A stretch of 64,000 bases of DNA, taken from assembly GCA_012295275.1 (NCBI GenBank), contig CM022676.1, positions 18,538,001 through 18,602,000 of the forward strand, written 5' to 3'. The position numbers were made by a program, and so were the translations under genes. This stretch comes from Chrysomallon squamiferum (Eukaryota; Animalia; Mollusca). This document shows positions 1-12,780 of the stretch, one piece after another. The notes under the pieces were generated by a model, which was not told the DNA's origin, did no database searches, and was given only the letters and a program-made list of their open reading frames with translations. Numbering within the stretch: position 1 is the stretch's first letter; each line of letters starts with the position of its first letter.

Positions 1-43
1 TTTGTGACATTGGCTGTTACCTGTTGAACTTCATAACTTCAAT

Positions 44-61
44 AAGTTATAAAATCTGTAC

Positions 62-95
<34 letters not shown>

Positions 96-557
96 GAAAC
101 AAGAGCAACAACAACAATAATAATAAGAAGAAATAAATTTTACAGTGCACTAAATATACGTGTATATATTTTTTTTCTCTGACGATGCTTCAATAACACG
201 TGACGTTTGTTTGTGATGTACGTGAGATAAAAATAGCATGTCACTGCTATATGACAAATACAAAGGTATACTAGGGTGTTATTTACAACGATCTGACAAA
301 TTCATTGTTAACAAACTCTCTGCCCATAAGTGTAGAAATGAACCGTGAAAATATGAAATTATTTACATTTGTCATCATTTCAATAAAGACGATATAGACA
401 ACCCAATCAATAGCAGCGATAGAAACAAATACAATAACATATTATACACTGGTTGAAACGGGTGATATTTCAAAAGGAACGTTAGGTAAGAAGGAAGGAA
501 CTAATGATGAAAAAAAGAAAGACTGAGATGAACACACGCAAAGAAATAAAAAATATA

Positions 558-634
<77 letters not shown>

Positions 635-1928
635 TAAATTAAATTAAATTAAATTAAATTAAATTAAATTAACACAATATAAAACACATTGTAGTTTCAA
701 ATTAGTTACCTGAAAAATTTCTGATAATTTCTGTTTAACTCTGCTATTGATCACAGAGATCAGGGATCTATAAATAAATAAATAAATAAAATGACATAAA
801 GTAAAGCGAAGTAATCAGATATAGCATAAACTATAAACGGTACACTGAATTCTAGAGATACCGGACCAATTATCCGGCGTCCTGAAATCCCGAAAGACCA
901 GAAAACCAGAACTTTTTCCCGACGTAATTTTCATACTTTGCGCGCGCGGGTTTTGTCCTCACCAGACCGGAACTACTCTTTCAAGCCACGTGCTGTTCAT
1001 TCACTCGCCGCATTGTTTACGTGTCGAGCTCTCACAGTTGTGTATCGTCAATTTTCTTTCTTTATTTATTAATTTGTAATTTGTTTATGCCTAATTATTC
1101 AGGAATTTAGATGCCTTGGGACCAGAAAACCGGAAAATCCAGAAATTCCGAATGCCTCAGGCCCCAAGGAGTCCCGATAATTGGTCCGGTACCTGTATTT
1201 AGGTGATAGTATTACAACTACTGCTACTGCAACTGCTACTACTACTACTACAAAAATAATAATTATTATTATAATGACGATACCATTATTATTTTTATTT
1301 CTTATTCTTATTTTTTTATTTAATATTGTTGTTGTTGGTGTTGTTATTATCAACTATTCTTCGATATTCCCCATAAACCAGTGTGTTAGGTTTATGAAAA
1401 AAAAAATGAAAAAAAACGCGTTGAAGAAAATTCACACAAAAAATGTATAGCCTTTACAAAATAGATTACAAGTTCAAAATGTCTGATCTGATTTAAGTAA
1501 AAGTAATAACAGTACGGCATATATTAAATTACAATAAAATACACAATACCTTCAAATTTCAAAATGTCCGTCTGCCTGAGAAAGTACGTTCTTTCTTGGT
1601 GAGTGTTTTCCTGGAACTGACAACGTCCTGTTTGACAGGTCACTGAAATATCTTCTGTGTATCGCTGCTTACAATGTCGTCTGCTCATAAACACGTGACT
1701 GAAATCAGATGTCGTACAGGTCACGGCACCTTTAGCGGTAAATAAATGCACATATTTATTACATACAATGCGTGCCGTGTAATGTAAGTGTGTTTCAAAC
1801 CTGTTAAATATATATATTTTTCATTACTTATTTTGTGTGTTAAACATTTATTTCTCACACTATATTGATGAAAAACTGATCGCTAACAAGTGTCTGTTAT
1901 GTAGGTCAGATTAAAATAGTGTGCTAAT
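44..1928 (+). repeat. Segmental duplication, copy 1 (about 1.9 kb, direct orientation)
   Basis: Colinear similarity to 30201-32198 throughout, e.g. aaattttacagtgcactaaatatacgtg, gtgagtgttttcctggaactgacaacgtcctgtttgaca and ctcacactatattgatgaaaaactgatcgc. A non-aligning block lies at about 410-660. Confidence 0.95.
855..1195. mobile_element. Tc1/mariner-pogo-type MITE (about 340 bp)
   Basis: Perfect 16-bp inverted repeat taccggaccaattatc (859-874) / gataattggtccggta (1176-1191), extendable to about 23 bp. The right end reads ...cctg|TA, and TA flanks both ends (853-854, 1196-1197). No ORF. Confidence 0.8.
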
Positions 1929-1931
1929 TTT

Positions 1932-2540
1932 TACTACAAAACACAATCTCCTTTTCATGGTCTTTTGTATACTCACTTCTGTTGAATTCCTCAGCGAACA
2001 GACGAAGTATTGGAGCTTGATGTTTATCAAATATCCACGATCTGTATGTTTTTTCGTAATTCCAAATATCATCCCTAATGTAGTCTGGATGAATTATCTG
2101 TTCTTCTATCTTCTTACTTGTTTTTGGTGTTGGTATATAATGTTATAACGGATAACACGCTGATAAAAATTGCATTAATCCAGACAAAATCGAAGGTAAT
2201 AATATTTACTTATAATTTGTCGAACTTTCAGAAATCTATGAATATCTCCAATAATCGAAATATATTGATCTACAATATATCCAAAATCGTCTGCTTCAGA
2301 TGCTTCTCGACAGCGACTTGATATTCTTATAGTGATGAGTCCGTATAAAAGTTTTAAATAATCTTCGTAATATATATCACACTGACGAGATGATAATATT
2401 AGTCTGTCTTCAATATAAATAATAAACTGGTGATATCGTTCAATGTGAAAATATAAATGTGTACAAGAAGGCTGAACAATCTCTTTTGGTTTATTTCACG
2501 ATTTTAAATATAAATCCACACATTCGTTAATATTTAGCAT
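1932..2540 (-). pseudogene. Degraded intronless ORF resembling VLTF3-like transcription factors of large DNA viruses / Polinton-like elements
   Basis: Manual translation from ATG 2540: MLNINECVDLYLKS*NKPKEIVQPSCTHLYFHIERYHQF...KVRQIISKYYYLRFCLD* (106 open codons, 2495-2178). A frameshift then gives YIPTPKTSKKIEEQ. Resemblance to the VLTF3 C-terminal pattern is judged by eye only. Confidence 0.4.
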
Positions 2541-2786
2541 ATAAAATAAAATATTTAATAAAATAAACATTTGTATAAAATTAAAAAATTGCATTACATA
2601 ATTTATAAAAATAAACATGATGTCATTATTGCAGGAAGTTATATATAATTCTTATAGTATTGCAGGATATTATGCACATTCCGAAAATGGCGGCTTCTAC
2701 AGATAATCGCCATGTTGGGAGATAACTCCAAATCGATTGCACAACATCGATCGCTTGACTAGAAGTCGTTTTCGTATGTTGCTCGT

Positions 2787-2865
2787 CCGAGATCGGATGG
2801 TGTCGTGGTTAGCGTTCACGCTCGCTACGCTCGCTGCTTGGAGTTCAAATCCTTGCTCCGCTCGG
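2787..2865 (+). other. tRNA-like sequence / Pol III promoter cassette (SINE head or pseudo-tRNA)
   Basis: A-box-like TGGTGTCGTGG (2798-2808) and B-box GTTCAAATCC (2843-2852) at tRNA spacing. The ends can pair (ccgagatcgga / tccgctcgg). The anticodon arm is not canonical. Confidence 0.6.
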
Positions 2866-2957
2866 TAAATTTACCTTTCCTTTCTCGTTCCAGGTGATGT
2901 CGGTCATCAGTAAATTAAGGTAAATTAAGGGGAACATAAAGATAAGTTAGGTAAACG

Positions 2958-3089
2958 TAATAATAGTAGTACTGGAAATAGTAGGGCTAGTAATAATAGT
3001 AGTATTGGAAATAGTTGGGATACTAATAACAGTAGTACTGGAAATAGTAGGGCTACTAATAATAGTAGTACTGGAAATAGTACGGTAGT
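2958..3089 (+). repeat. 33-bp minisatellite, about 4 copies
   Basis: Unit taataatagtagtactggaaatagtagggctag. Confidence 0.9.
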
Positions 3090-3219
3090 AATGATAGTAA
3101 ATCTGTGCTCCATATTCATGATGTATTTAATACTAATTAGTCATAATACATGTCCTATTGAAAATGTAATATATTTCAAGTCTGCACCAGCTGGGATTTA
3201 CCTCAACGTTTTCTTTGAC

Positions 3220-3892
3220 TGCATCCACCGGTTCTGCTGTAGCATTCCATTGAACTGCTTATTTGGTTTTGCTTTTGTCACCTTTGTTTTCTTTCCCTTT
3301 TCTTCCTCCTCTTTCTTCTTCTCTGTCAGCTCTTCTTCATACCTCTTGACACTTTCTTATTCTGTCAATGCCTCGGCATAAGTCATCCTCTTGATTTTAT
3401 TTGAAGTCCGACAGATGAACCGTGGACTTTCAGTTGTTTGAAACAACTTAAATAAACTTAGAATGGACTATATCAATGCCAAAACTACAGATTTTTGCCA
3501 CTCAATATGAGGGCAAGAATTCGCCGAAGTTGTGGAGTAAAAGAAAACACATATTTCTTGCCTAATTACCACATATTACACAAGTTTCTTCTGCTGAACA
3601 TAAACATTGGTATATGTTTACCTGTTATGACTAACCTTATTTGTATAGGACTAAAAAAATAGCTCTCAGTTCTGAAACCTTAAAATTCACTTTTTTACAA
3701 ACTTGTTGTTTTCATTATTTTCATGGCCACCATACTTCACATATAAATGGCTGATTAACTACATTGTTTGTTCCAATGAGAGACAGGAAGGTTCTGTTTA
3801 TATCAACAAAGTTCCAGAAATCGGGACAGAGCAGTATAGAGGTTGCAATTCATAATATACCTCGGGGGCCAGAATTGCCCCACCTTTCACTA
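3220..3892 (-). mobile_element. Internally deleted pogo/Tigger-like DNA transposon remnant
   Basis: Terminus-like TA-gtgaaaggtggggcaattctggcccc on the minus strand from 3892. A minus-strand peptide KRMTYAEALTE*ESVKRYEEELTEKKKEEEEKGKK (about 3400-3280) resembles the charged C-terminal tail of pogo-family transposases. The second TIR was not found. Confidence 0.35.
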
Positions 3893-4760
3893 TATACATA
3901 TATTCAGACACAGAAACACCGACAAAAAAAACGCACATACACACACACACACAGACACACACGTCAGACGTGCACCCCAGTACTATATCGCAGTTTTAAC
4001 TGCAGGTTTTTCACACCAGCTACGAGCAGTCATCTGCACATCATTATCAGAACATCAGAGCGTTTCACGCAGCCACGATACAGTCCACACACAAACTCTT
4101 CAGCACGTAGATGTACATAACGCAAACATACGCACACTTACATCAACATCGCGCCAGGTGAAGCTGCCGCATCAGTGAACTGGTTCAATGGTCTCTTATG
4201 ATAATACCGTAACATTTAGCTGCGTTAAGTACCTAATAACCACACCTATCTGTTTGTAAACAGCTGATGTAGAATTGGTTTTCCCTTCAGGAGAATCACG
4301 CTTTTATTGTACCTGAATTGATCTTTTGTCGTCAGAGGGCGCAATGTGGCAGCGAAACCGACGAGTAGCAGTTCTTTATAAGCGGTCTCGTTTCTGCATT
4401 ATGTTTGAAGGTTGTCTCGTTTCGGCATTGTGTTGACATTTCAGGATAGCAAAACGCGATTCCTCTACGTAAGAGTTACAGACAAGGCCAGGTAATCGAT
4501 AGACTTTTAAGGCGATCGATGATTACGAATTTTCCTGATTTTGTATTGAAATAAATTTTACCCATGAGGATAGATGTTTGTGTGACAGGAGAAAAACTGT
4601 CATGTTTACATTTAGTTACATAACTCAACAGTATGTGGGCTCGGATGTTAAATGGTTATTTAATAACACCTTCCCAGTAATTCCCAGTACAACTTAGTTT
4701 ATGAATTTATGTCAGTAATTAATCAGATATCACAGTATTAAATTTAATTTACTGACAATA

Positions 4761-4818
<58 letters not shown>

Positions 4819-5465
4819 GTTTAAAAAAAGAAGTAAAAAAAGAAGAAAGGAAGAATAAGAATAATTATATAGCATTACATAAAATACTTATTGTTACTAC
4901 TAATACTACCACGACTACTACTACTCGTTGGAGTAGTACATTTGTTTCATGTACTTACTACTTAATAATTTTAACCATATTAGCATCAACCAAGTGTTAA
5001 GTTCTAAACAGGTATACTAATCTGACATTAACTAAGTAATTCATCTGTTAATTAATCAGAACAATTCTGCACGTACCAGTTGTAAACAGATTAAACAGAA
5101 ATAATCAATCAATAGATTTTAATTAGGTTTTTATAGAAGCACCTATTAATAAGACCAGTGAATGGAAACTACAGCTAATTATAAATGTCATAATTGTGAA
5201 GTCATAATCAAGGCCGTTCATTTCTATTTATTTATTTCTATCCTTTTTCTTTTTATTTAATTCTGAATTTTTAATTATTTCTCTGTTCCGCTTTCTCTCG
5301 TTCATTTTTTCTTCTTATTATTCAATTTTTTTTTTTCATAGGCTTATCCAGAGACCAAACGTTTTTCAGTTTATAGTTCTTTCTTTCTGTTTAATTAATT
5401 AATTAACTAATTTATTTATTAATTATTATTATTGTTGTTGTTATTATTATTATTATTATTATTAT

Positions 5466-5497
<32 letters not shown>

Positions 5498-8229
5498 ATA
5501 GTAATAGTAGTAGTAGTAGTAAGAATCTAATATGTGTGTATGTGTTTGTGTAATAGATATATAGATTTATTTATTTTATTTTGTTTATTATTAAGCAGAG
5601 AAAGAAGCGCTTTCTATATTTCTAAATATAAATAATACTCTATAGTGGCAGACACATACACGCACACCTGTCTATATACATATCTTTTATGAAATTACGA
5701 TTTATTCTTTGTCTTCACGGAAATATACGAGAATGTACGATTGATTTCTTCGTAAAAGGTTTATCGGTTGGTTAACGGAACAAGTTATCATGGGAGATAA
5801 CTCTATAACCAAGTATTTGTTTTATTTTATATCTAAGAAGTTTAAACTGTTACTGACACTGGGAACTATTTGTTTGAAAGAAATGCGTGCGATAAAGTGT
5901 TCGATGAAGTTATCATTCGCGGATTTCTTAGCGTCTGGAATTGTTCGCTGCTTTTATTTCAGTTTTATAAATCAATTTGTCAAATTACGGTAAGCCGTTA
6001 TCCAACTTACAGAGCTACGAGAAAATCTTTTATATGAAATAAACATTTTCGAGTTATTAACAGTGGCTCTTGTCTTATAACTGATTAAGAAATCTGTAAT
6101 ATAAATTGTTATTTTAATACTCTTTAAATATTTCAGTCAGAACATGTCACTACATCTTGTGATAACTTTTAATATTATGTAACTGCTGTTTAATGTTTCT
6201 TCATTTTGCAAAGATCATACAATTTTAAATTTATTAAGAGTTCTAATATTTATCACTGTCTGATCATCTGTTACTTGGTAAGAGTGAAAAAACCCTATTT
6301 AACACGATTTTTCTTTATAAACAATTCAGATTATAAATCATATTTCATGTTATACGTTTTGAGGATACATTTAAACAAAATTTGTTTCTAGAATGTTTAT
6401 AATAATTACAATAATCTAGGGTTTATTTATGCTTGTTTTCATGAAGCATTGTTTTGAAAGTAAACAAAAATATAGGAAAGAAGTGTGTGTATGAACAGAA
6501 TGTAAGAATCAGTTGTTTGGTTATATACCATTTGCATTTGTACGTCAAGAGTTGAAATCTAGCATCACAAAAAGCACTATATATAAAAATAGAATATGGG
6601 TATGAGAGTCAGTTATTGGGTTATATATCATCAGCTTTTGTGTGTCAAGATTTGAAAAGAGTAAAAAAAAAAGAAAAAGAAACTAACAAAAAACAGAGTT
6701 ACTCACCTTACTGAACACAAGTCTGGTTTAACAGAAAACCTTACTTTAACATCCCTTAATCTAGACAAACATGTCTTGTACAAATAACAGACTAACAAAA
6801 ACTATTATAAAAATATTCAGTTAACATCTGAATATTTTGGTAACGAAAAAAAAAAAAAAATTCTATTAATAATTTTGAGGTCAAAATCTAATGTAAGTTT
6901 CGTCAGCAAGCTAATATACAGTTGTATTGGTTTAATTATGAAAATAAAATAAAAATAAAATAAATAATTTCTTTATGAATAATTCTTTAAAGATGAAATT
7001 ATAATAGTAATTCTAATAATTATTTTTATCTCAGACTGTTTACATTATTAAACAATGTTATATGATTAATGAATCATGTTACACATCATAAGTTTAAATC
7101 TTTATAATAGTTTTAAATTAATGATTCTGTGTTTTATAATATCAGTGTCCATACATTGTACCTGACATTGTATGAAGAAAAATACATTTAATTAAATTAT
7201 TTGTTATTTAGAAATGTGGAAATATATACATATCTCAATGGTTCTGTATATTTTGGTCAAAAAAAATAAAATAAAATAAAAATAAAAATATTTTTATTAA
7301 TAATTTAGAAATATTGATCTCTGTACAGTTTGTCAGCTTGCCATCACATGATTTTAGATCAAGAGCAAAACAACTGTAATATTTACTATTGCAGAATTCT
7401 CAATATCCACACACATTTCAACATTTTACCATTAGTAAACAAATATAGCTGTATAGTAATGTTTTTATTTATTTTTAAATAATATTTACTATTTTAGAAT
7501 TCTCGGTGTGCAAATATACTTCAACATGCCTTTTCTCTAAAATATTTCACATTGGTGTTGTCGTTGTGTGATGCTGGTGCCAATGTCACCATTCCTATCT
7601 TTGTGAGCAAATACTACTAGTTACTACTAGGTAATGTAATTATAACAATTTTACCATTTGAATTAGTTTGAACATTTAAATAAAGACTATGTTATTACTA
7701 TGTTATGCCTTCGTAAAATGTTCTGAACAGAAGTTTACCAACAGACTGCTGTGTATGATTTATTAAGTACAAAGTGTAAACAGTTAATAACACTATATTA
7801 TTACAATTCATTACTGACATGTTAAATTATTAAGTATAGAGTTATAATTAGTTATAAATACGAAGTTATAAGTAGTCATGGTAGTGGCAAATGTTTTCTT
7901 ATAACTTTATTAACATGTTTGTTTATACGTAGTTATGTTAATAAAATTTAAGATGATAATCAAGGACTTGCTCATGTGAAAATGTTTAAATAATTTTCTG
8001 TTCCTGGTTTTACAGGGATCTTTGTTGAGATTCTCAACATAAAGACTGCAGCTAAAATAATGTGAACATTCTAAAAAGTAACTGAGATGTCAGGTGAGCC
8101 TGTCATTACACAGTGGACTGAGACAAAAACATAACTGTAAACTTTGAATTAAGCTAATTAAGTTTAACGTGTTAGTCAACTTGGTTATCAAGTCTTTTAG
8201 GTTGGTGCTGTAAACATAGGGTCTACAGC

Positions 8230-9840
8230 TATTTGGTTGAAACCAAGAACTAGAGTGGGTGTTTTGTCATCAGTGGTAGATGTAGAAGAGCTTCAGTCAA
8301 CAAACAACATGGAGGTAAAATTTAGAAAGACATAGAAAGGAGAAGAGGTTTACTTAGATCATGTTACAGTTTGTATGCAGAGCTCAACAAGTCACAGTGA
8401 TAGATTTCAAGTTGACATCTCAAATTGTGATTGTTCTGATGAGCAGAAGGGAAAGTTAGAGATAATACTAAACACATATTTTGATGTTACAGAGAATACT
8501 TAGTAAATACTCTGATGTTAAAAGGAATACTTAACAAATACTCTCATATTAGAGATAATACTTAGCAATCACTCCAACTTGTTTATTTGAAAACAATTGT
8601 AGGCATTTGGTTTTCATTAACATCATGAACATTTCAAAGGCTCGTGCAGCATCGTTTCTGATAGCAGATATTTCAGATGTTACTAGTCTTCTTGGATGAT
8701 ATTGTAGTTATTTTTGATGTATACACATACAGACTAGAACACGTATTGAACATTTTAAAACACCTTGGGCTTAAACAAAAACCAACAAATGCTGTTTCTT
8801 TAACAGACAAGTGAAATATCTAGGACAATATAAGAACAATCAAACATTGTTAACGGCTGCTTGGCATGAGAGTTGTCAAAAAGCTTTCAATACTTTACAG
8901 GAGAAGTTAACTTCTGATCCAGTATTTCGGTATGCTGATTTCAGTGAACCTTATCCTCTCAGACATAAATTTACCATATATACAGCCACTTATCCACTAA
9001 GTCATCTTCGTGAAGCAAAATTAGGTGCAGTGGAAGAAAGATGGTTGTCTCAGCTGGCAGCATATTATTTTGATATCAAATATCATTCAGCTCAACACAA
9101 TAAGAATGCAGATGGTCTGTCGAGGAACAAAATTCATGGAATGTCATCTAGTTGCTTTGAGAGATACTGCTAGTAGTACAGAAGTACAGAAGTTCCACAA
9201 ACTATGAGACAAGTTATAAAAAGTGGTGGAAGAAAAGTCACACAATAAACTGTCACAGTGGAATAATTCAGTGAAACTATGGAAGGCGTAAAACCATTTC
9301 CCAGCTGTAGAAGAACTAGCAGTGCGGCAGACAAAAGACAAGTTAATAAGGAGATCGTTGTATTACATGGCTACCATGCAGAGCTGAGAGAAGATCAGAA
9401 AAATCAGTTTGTTGACAGTAATCAGACAATGGTACAAATCATTTCTTGAAAACAAAGTACTTTAGAGAAAAGTAAAGGACAACAAATTGGGAAGTCTGAA
9501 GCAGACTGTACTACCAGGAATAATGAAGGACAGGACACCAAGGTTTTGAAAGAAGCATGAACCTTATTAGAAGATTTAACTGGCCTGCAATGCACAAAGA
9601 TCTGCAGATTGTGTTGAATGGTTTAATTATCTAAATCTGTTGTATTTTCTAGATTCAAGGATTTTCTGTCTGAAATGTGTAAAGAGTGTGAAAGGTGTGC
9701 ACTGGCTAAACTGCACAACTCAAACTGAAACTACCTTTGGAACATCACTTTACTACCAGACGTCTTGAGATCGTAAACGTGGATTTCACAGTGATGGAGC
9801 CATCATCAGGTGGCAAAGACAATGTCTTAAACATGACTTT
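8230..9840 (+). mobile_element. Degenerate Ty3/Gypsy LTR retrotransposon pol remnant
   Basis: Domains occur in RT-RH-IN order. RT: TFQRLV...LLVFLDDIVV (8689-8700) and QVKYLG. Connector: WHESCQKAFNTLQEKLTSDPVFRYADFSEPY. RNase H end: KFTIYT...RWLSQLAAYYFDIKY...NADGLSR. Integrase Zn finger: GHQG...WPAMHKD...CERC. Integrase core start: LEIVNVDFTVMEPSSGGKDNVL. Many stops and deletions; LTRs not identified. Confidence 0.92.
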
Positions 9841-12549
9841 ATGTTTTCTGTTATTTATTTTGTTTGTGACATTTAAAAGTTCTTACTTGATCTCCGTTGC
9901 TGATGTACGACAGTTTGACATTCATCTTATCTAGAGAAAATATCACCACATTCCTTCCTCTCTACAAACATAAATACAATTATAATTAATACTGTCTTAA
10001 AATTACTTAGAAAATATCATTTTGACGTGAACAACCGAAATGTCTGCAGATTGTGTTGAATGGTTTAATTATCTAAATATTTTATTTTCGAAATCAAAAA
10101 TATATATATTAAATTAATCAAGGTTCGGAGTTCATATATTCTAACTTGTATTAAACACACATTTTCCCAGACAGTCAAACATAGAGGTGTAACAAGATAT
10201 GTTTAAAAAATACAATTAAACTTTATTTTATTTCAACTAAATTAAATTTACTTAGTACTGGTTGAAAAAATAACTTCAGATTCAAATGTTAAAATATAAA
10301 ATTGTAGTGGGTCTTGTTAAAAATAATTGATCAATGTGGTATTTTATGTTTCAGACACCACAGAAAGCCATTTACAAGAACTGATATCCACTGAATCTAA
10401 ATGACTTGTCAAGTTTGCCTCCAACTCTTCAAGTTTTCTGACTGTACTGAACTAAGTAAACAGAAGATAAAACATCTCCACAGTAAATATGAAAGACTGA
10501 ATAATTGTAGAAATCTGGGTGTTTAGAAATTTTCATACCAAAATAACATTTTAAAAACATTACTTATGTGAACCATGGACTGTTTTTATTGAAGAATCTG
10601 TAACATTATGATACTGAATTTAGATTCAAAGTCACAGTGTTGTCCATGAAAGATATAATCAGATGTAGACAGTACACAGAATGTGTGTACCAGACAGAGC
10701 ACCAAGGACAGTCAAGTCTGTGAAAAAATAAATATTTTTTTAAAATAATTAATATTAGAAATACTTAATTACTGCATTTAGAAAAAAGTACACACTTTAT
10801 ACTACTTTTTTTATTATTCAAGGGAGATAATTTCATTGAAAAAATACTTTACTTAATCATCTAACCAAAACATAAAATATTAGAGTAACAAGACATCTTG
10901 TAAAGATTTACCCTATAAAAGTTTGTTAAAACATAAACTGGAATTATTTTTGTAAACCTGTTTGTTGTTTGGAAGATAAAATCAGAAATTAAAAATCTTC
11001 TTAGTGACTAATTTGCAGGTTACATTTTCTGTCAAATTGTTTTATAGTTTTTGTAAACAAATGCCTTAGTATTCTTTTTTTTTTTTTTTTTATGTTGTAT
11101 TTTATATTAATATACTTCTATGTATAAATCAGAAATCTTGGTATTTAAAATAATTTTTAATTTGAAACTTAGAAACATTTTATTTCATACTTTTCTAAAC
11201 ATTTATTTAAGGATGTTGGTAAAAATGTTCATATGAAAAAGATGTTTTAATATTAAGTATTTCAAATTATTTATTTTTTATTGTATTTGTCGTCATACAT
11301 TGTTGAGCAAGCTGTATTAAATTACAGGGTGAGGAATATTTTTATTTATATATTTTTGGTACAATAACCCAAACTTAGTATTTACTAGGCATTATAAATT
11401 CATATACATTAATAATTTATTTTTTTAATAAGAAGATCAATGAAAGAAAAAGAAATGACATCAAATCTGAAATTCATATTGTTTCAATATGAGTTAAAAA
11501 CATTTGTTACCAATTTTCAAAATAACATAATTTTCATCCATAAATTAACAAATACAAAAACCTTTGTTACCTATTTTGAAAATAATGTAAATTTGATCTA
11601 TAAATTAATACAATATAAATAAAACATGTTTTCTTCTTATGAAAACAATGCAGAATATTAAAAACATAGCTTTAATAGTTACAGTATTTTATTATATTAA
11701 TCACCAAGATTAATTATTCATATTTCTCTGAATGCAAGTGAGATTCGTGAATGTGAGGGGTCTTTGTATTTATATATGTATATACAGTCAAGATATATAC
11801 ACATATGTATATGAGTGTGTGTGTATGTATATATAACTCTGTGTGTGTTAAAGTAAGTGGTAAAGCAGTACAAGTATAATGGAATGGAATGGAAAAAAAT
11901 TAACGTGCTAATCAGAGCAAGCTGTTGTGAAGCACGTCTGCGACGGGCACGCTTTCTGACAGGTCAGCGGGCGTGTCCGTCGCAGAAAAGAGTTTTGGGT
12001 AGGGAAAAGAATGGATTCTCGCCACGACTGCAGGACACAAGGAAGTGTCCAGCATATCGGATCGTAACGAGTCGGTACGGATACAAGTATAAATATTTTA
12101 CATCCAGTTATACACACAACTACACACATTACACTTCAGAACCAGGAAAAATAAGAACAAACCCACCTCCAAAAATGCAACAAAAAGGAACACATAAAAA
12201 TCATAATTCAGATGATTCAGAACTGCAAATTAGGATTTCCCAAACAGCAACTGAAAGCAGCGTTATGAAGAAAACTACTGGTTGGACACGTGCTGTCATT
12301 TCCTTGTGTGTTCTAGAGCTGTGTGCAGTTAGGAATATGACAGAGCCTGCCTCATGTCCACTGTTATACTTGACCCTCAACTATCTTGTCACTGACCTTC
12401 AAAATATAAACAGTATAATAAATTAAAATACAGATAACAAATGGAATGTCAAATCCAATACAGCACGTTATTAGGATTATATATACTTTTTATTATTCTT
12501 ATCAGTATGTTGACAGTAAAATACAAATACAAATACAAATATAAATACA

Positions 12550-12587
<38 letters not shown>

Positions 12588-12592
12588 TAATT

Positions 12593-12654
<62 letters not shown>

Positions 12655-12744
12655 AATAAATAAATATTATGGAATCAAATATTATTCTTTAACAAAGTCT
12701 CTAACATGACTGAATAATATTAAACCAGAATTTTTTCGAATTTT

Positions 12745-12780
<36 letters not shown>

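Noticed and set aside
2787-2865. Functional tRNA gene
   Set aside because: A and B boxes are present, but I could not build a canonical anticodon stem-loop. It is reported only as tRNA-like.
3764-4178. Overlapping 118-aa and 111-aa ORFs
   Set aside because: Non-ATG starts, they span a (CA)n tract and a transposon-like end, and no domain is recognisable.
11857-12426. 189-aa ORF
   Set aside because: GTG start, no recognisable domain and no convincing splice context. It overlaps a hairpin/repeat-like patch.
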